Origin: Rhodothermia bacterium
GTDB lineage: Bacteria > Bacteroidota > Rhodothermia > Rhodothermales > UBA10348
Direction: 5' to 3'
NCBI GenBank assembly: GCA_036985715.1
Contig: BTQE01000004.1
Coordinates: 1 to 60,734 of the forward strand
Length of the DNA stretch: 60,734 bases
Shown here: in pieces, positions 40,160 to 49,163 of the stretch
Position numbering within the stretch: the stretch's first letter is position 1
Layout of the letters: each line of letters begins with the position of its first letter
Made by a program: the position numbers and the translations under genes
Notes under the pieces: model-generated
Told to the model about the DNA's origin: nothing
Database searches by the model: none
What the model saw: the letters and a program-made list of their open reading frames with translations, nothing else

Positions 40160-42222
40160 TCGTTCTCGCTGAACCCGCTTTTTTTTGAAAGTCGAAGCAG
40201 CCCCGACTCGTCTGCCATAAACTCCCAACCCGGTTCGACCAGAATGGTCGTGTCGGTCTGAAGGATAAGAGCCGGGCCTGTCATTGTCGTACCTGGTTTG
40301 AGATTGAATCGGTTCAGAACGGGGGTATCAATCGGCGCGGTGCGATCAAACCATATGGATCGGGATGAAGCGGATCGGGATGAAGCGGATCGGGATGAAA
40401 CCGGAGAATGCTCAACCGATGATGAACTGTTAGGAATCTGGATTTCGAATGATTCACTTGAAATACGCCCGGCAACCCTCAGCGTGACCAGTTCTATTCT
40501 GGCTTCTTTGAGACTGTATCCAAATTGCTTCTCATGTACACGATGAAAATCATTCTCCAGACGAGATAACGCTTCGTGGTCAGACGGGGCGTGTATATCC
40601 AAAATCAATTCGTGGCTCTGACCCTTGTAGCGCACGTCGGCCGACCACGTCAATGCGGCTTTCTGGCCTGAATTAAGAAAGTAGTCAGCGACTTCTGAGG
40701 CCAATGTTTCCCCCTTCTCAACGAAATTCGACGGGTCCTTTCTCAGATCCACCAACGACTCGAGGATGGACAAAGACCGTGTATACACAGCGTCAGTCAG
40801 ACAGAGACCTACGGCACTGAGGACGCCTGGATGGACAGCGAGGAGGATCTCCGGAATATTCAACGACGTGGCGAGGGCGCACGCGTGCAGCGGACCCGCA
40901 CCGCCGAAAGGTATCAGTGTAAAAATTCGCGGATCGTAGCCGCGTGCGACGGACACTTTTCTCAAAGCCCGTTCCATTGTCGAATTCGCAATCTGCAAAA
41001 TTCCGAGAGCCGTATCGGTCACGCTCAGCTTCAGGATTTCGCTGATCTCTCCGATTGCAGTTTCTGAGAGGTCCGGATTCAGATTCAGGCACTGACTTCC
41101 ACCGAACTGGTGTTCGGGAAGCATCCTCCCGACGACGAGATTGGCGTCGGTGACCGTGGGCCTTGTACCACCTAGACCATAGCATGCCGGGCCCGGCTGC
41201 GCACCTGCACTCTGTGGACCTACTCTCAATACACCGCCATCATCAACCCAGGCAATGCTACCGCCACCTGCCCCGACGGAATGTACATCTACGGCTGGGA
41301 ACCGGATGGGCGTGTCGCCGACAACGGTGTTCGGAGAAACCGGAATATGCCCCTCACAAAGACAGACGTCTGCACTGGTCCCACCCATATCAAGCGACAG
41401 AATGCGAATCGGATCTGGAAGTCCAGAACGCCGGCCGACATCAAAAGCGCCGATTACACCGGCAGCCGGACCACTCAACACGAGCTTGGCGGCTTCACGC
41501 GAGGCCGTTTTCAGGTCACTAAGACCTGCTCCAGAGTGCATGATTGAAATCGGACGATCACCGATTGAACTTGAAAGTTCTTCCAGGTAACGGCGAACGA
41601 CCGGACTCAGAAAGGCGTTGGCGACCGTCGTTGCCGTCCGCTCATATTCTCGATACTCGGGAAGAAGTTGACTGCTTGCCGAAATGTCCAACTCCGGCAG
41701 GGCAGCACGGAGTCGGGCCTCAATCTCCTGCTCGTGGTGATCGTTGGCGAATGAAAACAGAAGAGAAATCGCGACGCTTTCAGTTCCCGATTCAACCAGC
41801 CTTTCAATCAACTCATCGACGTCTTCGCTGCTCAATGGGAGGAGCGTTTCGCCAACAGCATTTGTTCGTTCCCGAACGCCGAATCTCAATTGAGCGGGTA
41901 CCATGGATTCGAGTCGACGCTGACTGAACTGATAGAGCTCGGGCCGCTGTTGTCGGGCGAGTTCGAGAACGTCTTCGAACCCAGCCGTTGAGACCAATGC
42001 CGTCACTGCTCCACGCCGTTCCAGGATCGCATTCGTTGCAATCGTTGTGCCGTGTACGATCGGGGCTTGTGATTCGGACTGGATCTGGTCCAGTCCAGTA
42101 CGGATACTAAGGCCTGGCTTTTCCCGATCGGTGGGGAGTTTGAGTATCTCGAGCTCCCCGTCGACGAGATACACGTAGTCTGTAAACGTACCACCGACAT
42201 CAATCCCGACTAACTTCGACAT
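40156..42222 (-). CDS. hyuA: Hydantoinase A / oxoprolinase family protein
   Basis: 'MSKLVGIDVGGTFTDYVYL' is the actin-like ATPase N-terminus. The start is ATG 42222; the track's upstream extension overlaps the response-regulator gene. Confidence 0.85.
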   Translation of the reverse strand: MSKLVGIDVGGTFTDYVYLVDGELEILKLPTDREKPGLSIRTGLDQIQSESQAPIVHGTTIATNAILERRGAVTALVSTAGFEDVLELARQQRPELYQFSQRRLESMVPAQLRFGVRERTNAVGETLLPLSSEDVDELIERLVESGTESVAISLLFSFANDHHEQEIEARLRAALPELDISASSQLLPEYREYERTATTVANAFLSPVVRRYLEELSSSIGDRPISIMHSGAGLSDLKTASREAAKLVLSGPAAGVIGAFDVGRRSGLPDPIRILSLDMGGTSADVCLCEGHIPVSPNTVVGDTPIRFPAVDVHSVGAGGGSIAWVDDGGVLRVGPQSAGAQPGPACYGLGGTRPTVTDANLVVGRMLPEHQFGGSQCLNLNPDLSETAIGEISEILKLSVTDTALGILQIANSTMERALRKVSVARGYDPRIFTLIPFGGAGPLHACALATSLNIPEILLAVHPGVLSAVGLCLTDAVYTRSLSILESLVDLRKDPSNFVEKGETLASEVADYFLNSGQKAALTWSADVRYKGQSHELILDIHAPSDHEALSRLENDFHRVHEKQFGYSLKEARIELVTLRVAGRISSESFEIQIPNSSSSVEHSPVSSRSASSRSASSRSIWFDRTAPIDTPVLNRFNLKPGTTMTGPALILQTDTTILVEPGWEFMADESGLLRLSKKSGFSENE
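40357..40401 (-). repeat. In-frame 3 x 15-bp tandem repeat in hyuA (encodes SSRSA-SSRSA-SSRS)
   Basis: 'GGATCGGGATGAAGC' is repeated at 40357, 40372 and 40387 on the plus strand. Confidence 0.9.
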
Positions 42223-42364
42223 CTCGACAAATTTCTTCAGTTCGATCTGCGAATATATTACACAGGTTTCTTGAAGCACCGCCGGAATCAATTCGGGCCC
42301 TGCACACCTCACTTCTGAAGGCGGAGAAAGAGTCGGTAATTCGTTCGGGAAAAGACTCTCGGGC

Positions 42365-43018
42365 CTAGCTGGAGGTCCGATCGCCGTCAATCTCAAGTGG
42401 AATAAGGCCGCGTTGGAGAGCAAATCGAATCATGTCCGCGTGATTCTTTACCTCCAGCTTTTTCATGATATTGGACCGATGCTTTTCAACCGTTCTGGCA
42501 CTGATCGAGAGTTTTTCCGAGATCTCGGCTGCGGACAAGCCTTCACCAACCAGCTGAAGTACCTCGCGTTCTCGAGCTGTAAGCAATTCGTAGCGGTCCG
42601 CAGGTATCGGATCTCGCTGAGAACGAGCTGCCAAGCCTGTGCTGATGAAACGTTTTCCACTCAGCGCACTTGCGATGGCGTCGTTCAGCTCCTTGATGTC
42701 TGAATTCTTGAGGACGTAGCCAAGCGCACCGTTTCGAAACGCGCGGGAGACATAAGAATCACTCGAATACATCGAGAGGACCACGACGACAGTGGAAGGG
42801 AAGTCTTGCTGAACACGCCGAGTTACTTCCAACCCGTCTAGACCGGGCATTCGAAGATCAGCAATGAGAACGTCGGGGCGATGTTCTTTTACGAGTTCCA
42901 GGGCAGTTGCACCGTCGCCACATTCGGCAACAACTTTGTGTTCGGTCGTCTGGGTCAGAAACGCGCGAATCCCTTCTCGAACGATAGGATGATCCTCAAC
43001 GAGGACAACGGTGGCCAT
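42365..43018 (-). CDS. NarL/LuxR-type two-component response regulator
   Basis: REC domain ('VLVEDHPIVREG...DVLIADLRMPGLDG') plus a LuxR HTH ('LTAREREVLQLVGEGLSAAEISEKLSISARTVEKHRSNIM'). Confidence 0.9.
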   Translation of the reverse strand: MATVVLVEDHPIVREGIRAFLTQTTEHKVVAECGDGATALELVKEHRPDVLIADLRMPGLDGLEVTRRVQQDFPSTVVVVLSMYSSDSYVSRAFRNGALGYVLKNSDIKELNDAIASALSGKRFISTGLAARSQRDPIPADRYELLTAREREVLQLVGEGLSAAEISEKLSISARTVEKHRSNIMKKLEVKNHADMIRFALQRGLIPLEIDGDRTSS

Positions 43019-43105
43019 TCCGATACCCGCAGGCGAAGTTTCGATAGTACTACCCGTTTATATAACGTAATTGCAGTTGATATCACGACATCGTTGTCGA
43101 ACATT

Positions 43106-45043
43106 CTATATGGGAAGCCGAGCTCGCATCGTTGTGCCTTTACCGGCAATACTTTCTATCTCGAGAGATCCACCCAATAGGACCGCTCTCTCTCTCATTC
43201 CATCCAGACCGATACTATCGGGTGGATTGCTGTTCGAGCCTACGGTACCAACTCCCTTGTCCGCGACGACAATCTCAAGCTCGCCATTCTGGCTCCTCAC
43301 GCTAACCGAAGCGGCCCGCACGAACGCGTGTCGGGCGACGTTGTTGAGCGCTTCTTGCGTAATTCGAAAAGCTGCAATCTGCAGTTCCTGGCGAATGCTT
43401 CCGTCGTCGTCCAGGTCTACATCTACATCGAGGGCTATGCCGTGCCGATCCTCGAATTCCCTGAAATGGGTCAATAGGGTCGAATGGAGTCCGAGCTGAT
43501 CCAGCGATGCAGGCCGTAACTGATGGGTAAAGTGATCTATCCGATCGATCAGCTGATCAACAAATCGCTCCGCTCGCACCACATTATCGTCGGGTTTGTC
43601 TGACAGCTGACTGATCATTTGCAATGCCAGTTGAATGGCGGTTAGAAGACCGCCCGCTTCGTCATGCAGATCCAGCGCGATTCTTCGGCGCTCTTCCTCC
43701 TGAACTGTTGAGAGGCGACGTGAAAGCCGAAGGAGTTGTTCATGAGCATGCTTCGTTTCCTCAAACAGCGTACTGAAACGCATTTCAGATTGCCGTAGGC
43801 TGTTAAGCATAAGATGATGATCCGTTATGTCAAGGACGGTTCCAAGTGCTTTCATTCCCGTGGCCTCATCTCCAAAGCGTTCGGCTTGGGAGAGCAAATA
43901 CCTGATGTCTCCGTCTGGCCGCACTATGCGAAACTGTATCTCGAACGGAATGCCGTCCTCATATAAGGATTTGAGCGCAGCTCCCACGTCTGGGACATCA
44001 TCGGGATGTACCAAGCGAATAAAATTGTCGGTAGACGGGATAAACGTTTCCGGTTCAACCCCGAGAATCTTCAAGGCCTGGTCGGAATACGTGGATTGTT
44101 CTTCAGACAGGTCTCTTTCCCAGTGCCCAATGTGGGCAATTCGCAACGCTTCTGACAGGGATCGTTGACTCTCAGACTGAACTTTTTCAATATCCGGGCG
44201 ATCAATTTTTCGGATAATGTAGAATGAGTAACCCTCTAGACTATCATCTGTAATAATCGGTTCAACTATCGCAACAAAAGGTGACGCCCCGATTCCGTTA
44301 GACGGATAGTTGAATTCGAATTTGTGAAAGAGCAACGGTTCCTCGACACGCTCAAGAATGGGTTTTAGGAAATCCTCTCTGAAGTACGGTGAAAATGAGA
44401 AGATCGAGTCGCCCACACGCACGCTCGGCGTGAGACTCGAAAATGCCAAGTTTACATGCGTAACCGTTCCCTCCGTGTCACAGAACGCGATGTATAGAGG
44501 AGACTTTAAACTCGAGGAACCCTTCTTCGCTTCTTCCCATCTAATAGACGACGCCTCAATCGATTTTCCATCCGTCACATCCTGCGTTGTCCCATAGCGT
44601 CTGGGTGATGCGCCATCTTCTCCGTCCTCTACTACCGCTTTGGTATGTAGGATTCGCACCGTACCGTCCGGGCGACGGATACGATACATAATGGAAAGTC
44701 CGACCATCTCCGCACCTTCCCTGCGAATATGGGTCTGTACGCGCGCCCGGTCTTCTTCAACCACCATGGCCATGATCGAACGAGTCGTTGGTATAAACGA
44801 ATTGGAATCCAAACCATGAATTCTATACGTCTCATCCGACCAGATTATTTCACCCGTTTCCAACACGAGCTCCCAGGTGCCGATTCCGGTCCGTGCCTGT
44901 GTTTTCGCAAGCTGCGATTGGGCATGGCGGAGGACTGCCAGAGCGTCATCGCGCTCTCGTGTTAACGTTGCCACCTCTTCGCGGTAGCGTTCGGTGAGAA
45001 TTGTTGCTTCTTCCAGTGAAGGAGTAGATTCTGGTGTCTTCAC
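43106..45043 (-). CDS. Multi-PAS sensor histidine kinase (HisKA_3 / HATPase_c)
   Basis: PAS-like repeats, H-box 'RRIALDLHDEAGGLLTA' and an ATPase C-terminus ('VADKGVG...GLDGMRERAVLLGGSLEIES'). GTG start. Confidence 0.85.
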   Translation of the reverse strand: MKTPESTPSLEEATILTERYREEVATLTRERDDALAVLRHAQSQLAKTQARTGIGTWELVLETGEIIWSDETYRIHGLDSNSFIPTTRSIMAMVVEEDRARVQTHIRREGAEMVGLSIMYRIRRPDGTVRILHTKAVVEDGEDGASPRRYGTTQDVTDGKSIEASSIRWEEAKKGSSSLKSPLYIAFCDTEGTVTHVNLAFSSLTPSVRVGDSIFSFSPYFREDFLKPILERVEEPLLFHKFEFNYPSNGIGASPFVAIVEPIITDDSLEGYSFYIIRKIDRPDIEKVQSESQRSLSEALRIAHIGHWERDLSEEQSTYSDQALKILGVEPETFIPSTDNFIRLVHPDDVPDVGAALKSLYEDGIPFEIQFRIVRPDGDIRYLLSQAERFGDEATGMKALGTVLDITDHHLMLNSLRQSEMRFSTLFEETKHAHEQLLRLSRRLSTVQEEERRRIALDLHDEAGGLLTAIQLALQMISQLSDKPDDNVVRAERFVDQLIDRIDHFTHQLRPASLDQLGLHSTLLTHFREFEDRHGIALDVDVDLDDDGSIRQELQIAAFRITQEALNNVARHAFVRAASVSVRSQNGELEIVVADKGVGTVGSNSNPPDSIGLDGMRERAVLLGGSLEIESIAGKGTTMRARLPI

Positions 45044-45388
45044 AGCGTCATCAGACTGGAAATGGGTGATAGTCGGGCACAGGAGTCGATACCTGAACAG
45101 GTCTGGTCCCGTGCAGTAAAATAAGCAAAACCAGGCGTTTCCGTTCGCTCGTTCTCGTGTCCGCTCCTGGGAAATAAACGCTCATCTAAATCGTCAAGAA
45201 CGATTCAGGGATGACGGGAAATGGTTAAATTATTTTCTTCTCGCGAATGCTCTCAATCCCACTTGATCCGACTATGACGCGTAATACGAGGATCTTCATC
45301 CTACAAATGGTATGATTTCTTGTGAGACAGAGGCTGGAGGTCTGATCCAGGCAGAATTTACTACCGAGCGAATATTCACATAGAAGCT

Positions 45389-46654
45389 ATGTCTCTCCGA
45401 TTATCGGACTCAGATCAGGCGGCTCTTGGAGGTGAAAATGGTCCTGGGGCATCCATGGCCATGTCCATCCTCGTTCGGATGGCTGAAGTGTACGGGGTTG
45501 ATGAACTCATGGATATCACCGCGGCTCATGTAGACTCTTCCATCTATATGGGCATTGCGACCATGGAGTATGCCGAGCGATTGGTTGATCTCGGGGCGCG
45601 AGTGTCCGTTCCTTCTACGCTGAATGTAACAGGAGTAGACGAATACGGCTGGCAGGATTGGGCCGTACCGAGGCAGCACGCCGAAAACGCGAAACGGCAA
45701 ATGATTGCCTATGAGGCGATGGGATGCATTCCCACGTGGACCTGCGCTCCGTATCAAACCGAGCACAGACCCGTTTTTGGCCAACAGATCGCTGCCGGTG
45801 AGTCCAACGCCATCTGTTTCTACAATTCGGTCATTGGTGCACGCACCGAGCGTTATCCAGATCTTCTGGACATCTGCGCTGCCATCACAGGACGTGTGCC
45901 GGCGACAGGCTTACACCTGGAAGAAAACCGCGCCGGTACCGCGCTGCTCAAGCTGATTGATATTCCGCTCGCTCTCCAGGATGATGATTCGTTTTATCCC
46001 GTCCTGGGCTATTTGGTCGGCGGACTCGAACCGGACGGCGTGCCTGTGATTACAGGTGTGGACGCCGAAGTTACCGAGGATAGACACAAAGCCATCTGTG
46101 CGGGGGCGTCTTCTGCGGGAGCGGTGGCGTTATATCATCTGGTGGGTAGTACTCCTGAGGCTGGGACGATAGAGCAGGCGTTTCATAACCGTGCCGTCGA
46201 AAAGACGACTGAAATTCGCATGATTCAACTCGTGGACGCGTACCGGCGCCTTACGACAGCGTCGAGCGACGCGCTGGATTTGGTTGTGCTCGGCAGTCCT
46301 CATTTTTCACTGGACGAGTTTCGAACACTTTCACCGTTGCTCGAGAACAGAGTCCGACATGCCGATGTGGATTTTCTTGTCACGTGCAGTCGTAGTGTCC
46401 GGATGATCGCGGACGAGCTTGGGCTGCTTGACTCATTAAAATCCTTCGGAGGACGGATTACGGTTGACACATGCCCGCTTGCTACACCCATGCTTCCCGA
46501 ACGAATTAGGAGCCTGATGACCAATTCAGCCAAGTACGCCTATTATTCGCCCGGTCTTTTGAATGCGGACGTCACGTATGGGAGCCTGCAGGATTGTGTA
46601 CGGTCCGCTCTCGAGGGCCGGGTCATCAGAGACGAGTCGCTATGGATGCAGTAA
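45389..46654 (+). CDS. Aconitase X catalytic subunit (DUF521)
   Basis: 'LSDSDQAALGGENGPGASMAMSILVRMAEVYGVDELMDITAAHVD' is a typical DUF521/AcnX large-subunit N-terminus. Confidence 0.75.
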   Translation: MSLRLSDSDQAALGGENGPGASMAMSILVRMAEVYGVDELMDITAAHVDSSIYMGIATMEYAERLVDLGARVSVPSTLNVTGVDEYGWQDWAVPRQHAENAKRQMIAYEAMGCIPTWTCAPYQTEHRPVFGQQIAAGESNAICFYNSVIGARTERYPDLLDICAAITGRVPATGLHLEENRAGTALLKLIDIPLALQDDDSFYPVLGYLVGGLEPDGVPVITGVDAEVTEDRHKAICAGASSAGAVALYHLVGSTPEAGTIEQAFHNRAVEKTTEIRMIQLVDAYRRLTTASSDALDLVVLGSPHFSLDEFRTLSPLLENRVRHADVDFLVTCSRSVRMIADELGLLDSLKSFGGRITVDTCPLATPMLPERIRSLMTNSAKYAYYSPGLLNADVTYGSLQDCVRSALEGRVIRDESLWMQ

Positions 46655-47091
46655 TCAACGGAAAAGTGATCGTAGCAGGATCGGCACGCTCAGAGTTGCT
46701 GGCGAGTACGGAGCCATTAAGCTTCTGGGGCGGATATGATCAGGCCACGGGCGAAATCATCGATCGACGACATCCAATGTCCGGTGAGATCGGGGCGGGG
46801 AAAATTATTGCGATTCCTTTTACCCGCGGATCGAGTACGACGACCGGAATTCTCATCGAGTCTGTTCGCGCCGGGGTTGCTCCGGCGGGGATTATTACGA
46901 CCGCACCGGATCCGTATCTGGCACTGGCGTCGATCGTAGCCGATGAGATGTACCGAAAGTCTTTTCCCGTGATTGCCGTCGGCGAAGAAACGTTCAGCCG
47001 ACTCAAATCCGGTATGGAGATCGAAATCACTCAAGAAGGGAATATTCGTGTCATCGATGATCATGGGACTGAAACAGAAAAAGACGAATGA
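46642..47091 (+). CDS. Aconitase X swivel-domain subunit (DUF126)
   Basis: 'GSARSELLASTEPLSFWGGYDQATGEIIDRRHP..G...GKIIAIPFTRGSSTT'. ATG 46642 overlaps the upstream stop. Confidence 0.75.
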   Translation: MDAVINGKVIVAGSARSELLASTEPLSFWGGYDQATGEIIDRRHPMSGEIGAGKIIAIPFTRGSSTTTGILIESVRAGVAPAGIITTAPDPYLALASIVADEMYRKSFPVIAVGEETFSRLKSGMEIEITQEGNIRVIDDHGTETEKDE

Positions 47092-48149
47092 AACAGTTTC
47101 TCAAAATTGCTCTTTTGTGTTTCTATTCTGTTTCGCTGGTTCATGCGCAGGAGCTTAAGACCGAGAATGTCATTCTGATCACATTGGATGGTCTTAGATG
47201 GCAAGAAGTGTTCTCGGGAGCAGACCCCAGATTACTCTGGAAAGCTGGGGCCGCCGCTGAGGAATTTTCGTCCGAATCTTCCGACGAACGGCGCCAGTTA
47301 TTGATGCCGTTTTTCTGGGATACCGTGGTCAATGAAGGAATCGTTTTCGGTAATCGATCGGTCGGAAACCGCGTGGACGTTACAAACCGTGGCGCTTTTT
47401 CATACCCCGGGTATAACGAAATCCTGACCGGATTTGCAGACGATTCAATCGACAGCAACGACAAGGTTCCGAACAAGAATGTGACGGTTCTTGAGTGGGT
47501 CAACCAACAGCCAGGCTTTATCGGGCGTGTCGCCGCCTTTACTTCCTGGGATGTTTTCCCCTTCATCATCAATGAAGAAAGAAGTGGAGTGCCGGTTAAC
47601 GCAGGATTTGAAGCAACGTCGGGCCAGATAACGGATCGGGAAGCTTTTTTGAACCGGCTGCAAGTGGAGGTGGCCACGCCCTGGGCCTGGGAACGCTTCG
47701 ACGTGTTTACCCACTATATGGCCATGGAATACCTGGCCAGAAAGAGACCCAGGCTGCTGTACATCGGCTTTGGTGACACAGACGAGTATGCTCATAGCGA
47801 CGACTATGGCGCGTACCTGAAAGCCACTCGCCAGACCGATGACTTTATCAGAGACCTGTGGATTTGGCTTCAGGAAGACGAAACGTACAAGGGAAAAACG
47901 TCGCTGGTGATCACGACCGATCATGGTCGGGGGTACGCGGATCGGTGGATTGGACACGGGTCAGATTGGGTGGGCTCGGCGTTCATATGGATGGCTATTC
48001 TGGGACCGGATACACCCGCCGGAGGAGAATTTACAGCCTCAGGGCAGTTCTTTCAGAATCAGATCGCTGCTACGGTTGCAGCACTTCTCGGCCTCGTCTA
48101 CACCAATGTCCGAGAGACAGGTCCACCCATTGACGCGGCTATTCGTTAA
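47088..48149 (+). CDS. Alkaline-phosphatase superfamily (NPP/phosphodiesterase-like) secreted enzyme
   Basis: Signal peptide, 'VILITLDGLRWQEVF' and 'VITTDHGRG' metal-site motifs. Confidence 0.65.
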   Translation: MKQFLKIALLCFYSVSLVHAQELKTENVILITLDGLRWQEVFSGADPRLLWKAGAAAEEFSSESSDERRQLLMPFFWDTVVNEGIVFGNRSVGNRVDVTNRGAFSYPGYNEILTGFADDSIDSNDKVPNKNVTVLEWVNQQPGFIGRVAAFTSWDVFPFIINEERSGVPVNAGFEATSGQITDREAFLNRLQVEVATPWAWERFDVFTHYMAMEYLARKRPRLLYIGFGDTDEYAHSDDYGAYLKATRQTDDFIRDLWIWLQEDETYKGKTSLVITTDHGRGYADRWIGHGSDWVGSAFIWMAILGPDTPAGGEFTASGQFFQNQIAATVAALLGLVYTNVRETGPPIDAAIR

Positions 48150-48155
48150 CGCGAT

Positions 48156-49010
48156 CTACAATTCGTCAAGGGGCCGAGGGTTTGCGACCTTCAGGCCTCG
48201 CTCCGTCACCTCGACATCAGCAACGGTGATCTCCGGATCGTGTTCGAAAAACAAATGCCACCCACCGTCAACGGCGTCCGTTAGAAATTTTTCTTTCTCG
48301 TCAATGGTGGTCATCGGCCACAGGTCGTAGGACATATTCCAGGCGGGGCTAAGATGAGCGTGCGTCGGTAAGAGATCCGCAACGAAAACGAGTGTGTGCT
48401 CGGCGTCGGAGATTTTGACAATCTGCATCTCCCTGGTATGGCCGTCTACCGGAATAACTTCCACGCCCGGAAACAGCTCTTGCTGTCCTTCGATCAGAGT
48501 GAGTTGTCCGGATTCGGCGAGCGGATCCAAATTTTCGGCGAGAAAAGAGGCCTTCTCCCTCACATTAGATACATTGGCCCATTCCCAGTGACCTTTTTGT
48601 ACTAGATATTGTGCATTTGGGAAGGAGACTTCCAGCCGATCTTCGTGGCGTCTTGTGCTGCCGCCGCAATGGTCAAAATGCAAATGCGTAAGAATCACGT
48701 CCGTCACATCCTCGAAGCTGAAACCTGCCGACTGCAACGCACCCGGCAGGTTCATCTCTGAATCATCAATCGCATACAATTCGGAAAATCGAGCTGAATA
48801 CTTGTCGCCCAGACCGTTGTCAATTAAGATGAGCCTGTCAGAGCTCTCCAAAAGCAGGCAGCGCATATGGAGAGAGATTCTATTCAACCTGTCAGATGGG
48901 ATGCGGCGCTCCCAGAGAGCCTTGGGTACAATTCCAAACATGGCTCCGCCATCCAATCCCAACCGTCCTGTTTCAATTGTATGAACGGAATACTGACCTA
49001 TTTTCGGCAT
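48156..49010 (-). CDS. MBL-fold metallo-hydrolase
   Basis: 'ILTHLHFDHCGG' motif. The start is ATG 49010 ('MPKIGQYSVHTIETG'). Confidence 0.8.
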   Translation of the reverse strand: MPKIGQYSVHTIETGRLGLDGGAMFGIVPKALWERRIPSDRLNRISLHMRCLLLESSDRLILIDNGLGDKYSARFSELYAIDDSEMNLPGALQSAGFSFEDVTDVILTHLHFDHCGGSTRRHEDRLEVSFPNAQYLVQKGHWEWANVSNVREKASFLAENLDPLAESGQLTLIEGQQELFPGVEVIPVDGHTREMQIVKISDAEHTLVFVADLLPTHAHLSPAWNMSYDLWPMTTIDEKEKFLTDAVDGGWHLFFEHDPEITVADVEVTERGLKVANPRPLDEL

Positions 49011-49163
49011 TTTATGTCGTGTTTGGATTCGATTTCCCAAAGATAGGGGTCGATTCAATGTATGCGTTCGAAATCCTGAAGGAAAGGTGGCAACAAACCG
49101 TTGTGCGTCATAACCTCCTTCGGTATGAGGTGTCGATATGCAGAAATGGTACCGGGTTATCTA

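Noticed and set aside
40160-42423. Long N-terminal extensions in the track for several ORFs: hyuB to 40228, hyuA to 42423, and similarly 9883, 25017, 26006, 26847, 46594, 49058, 49101, 54994 and 19248.
   Set aside because: Each extension overlaps the neighbouring gene and precedes an internal ATG that gives a family-typical N-terminus or signal peptide. I trimmed the coordinates accordingly.
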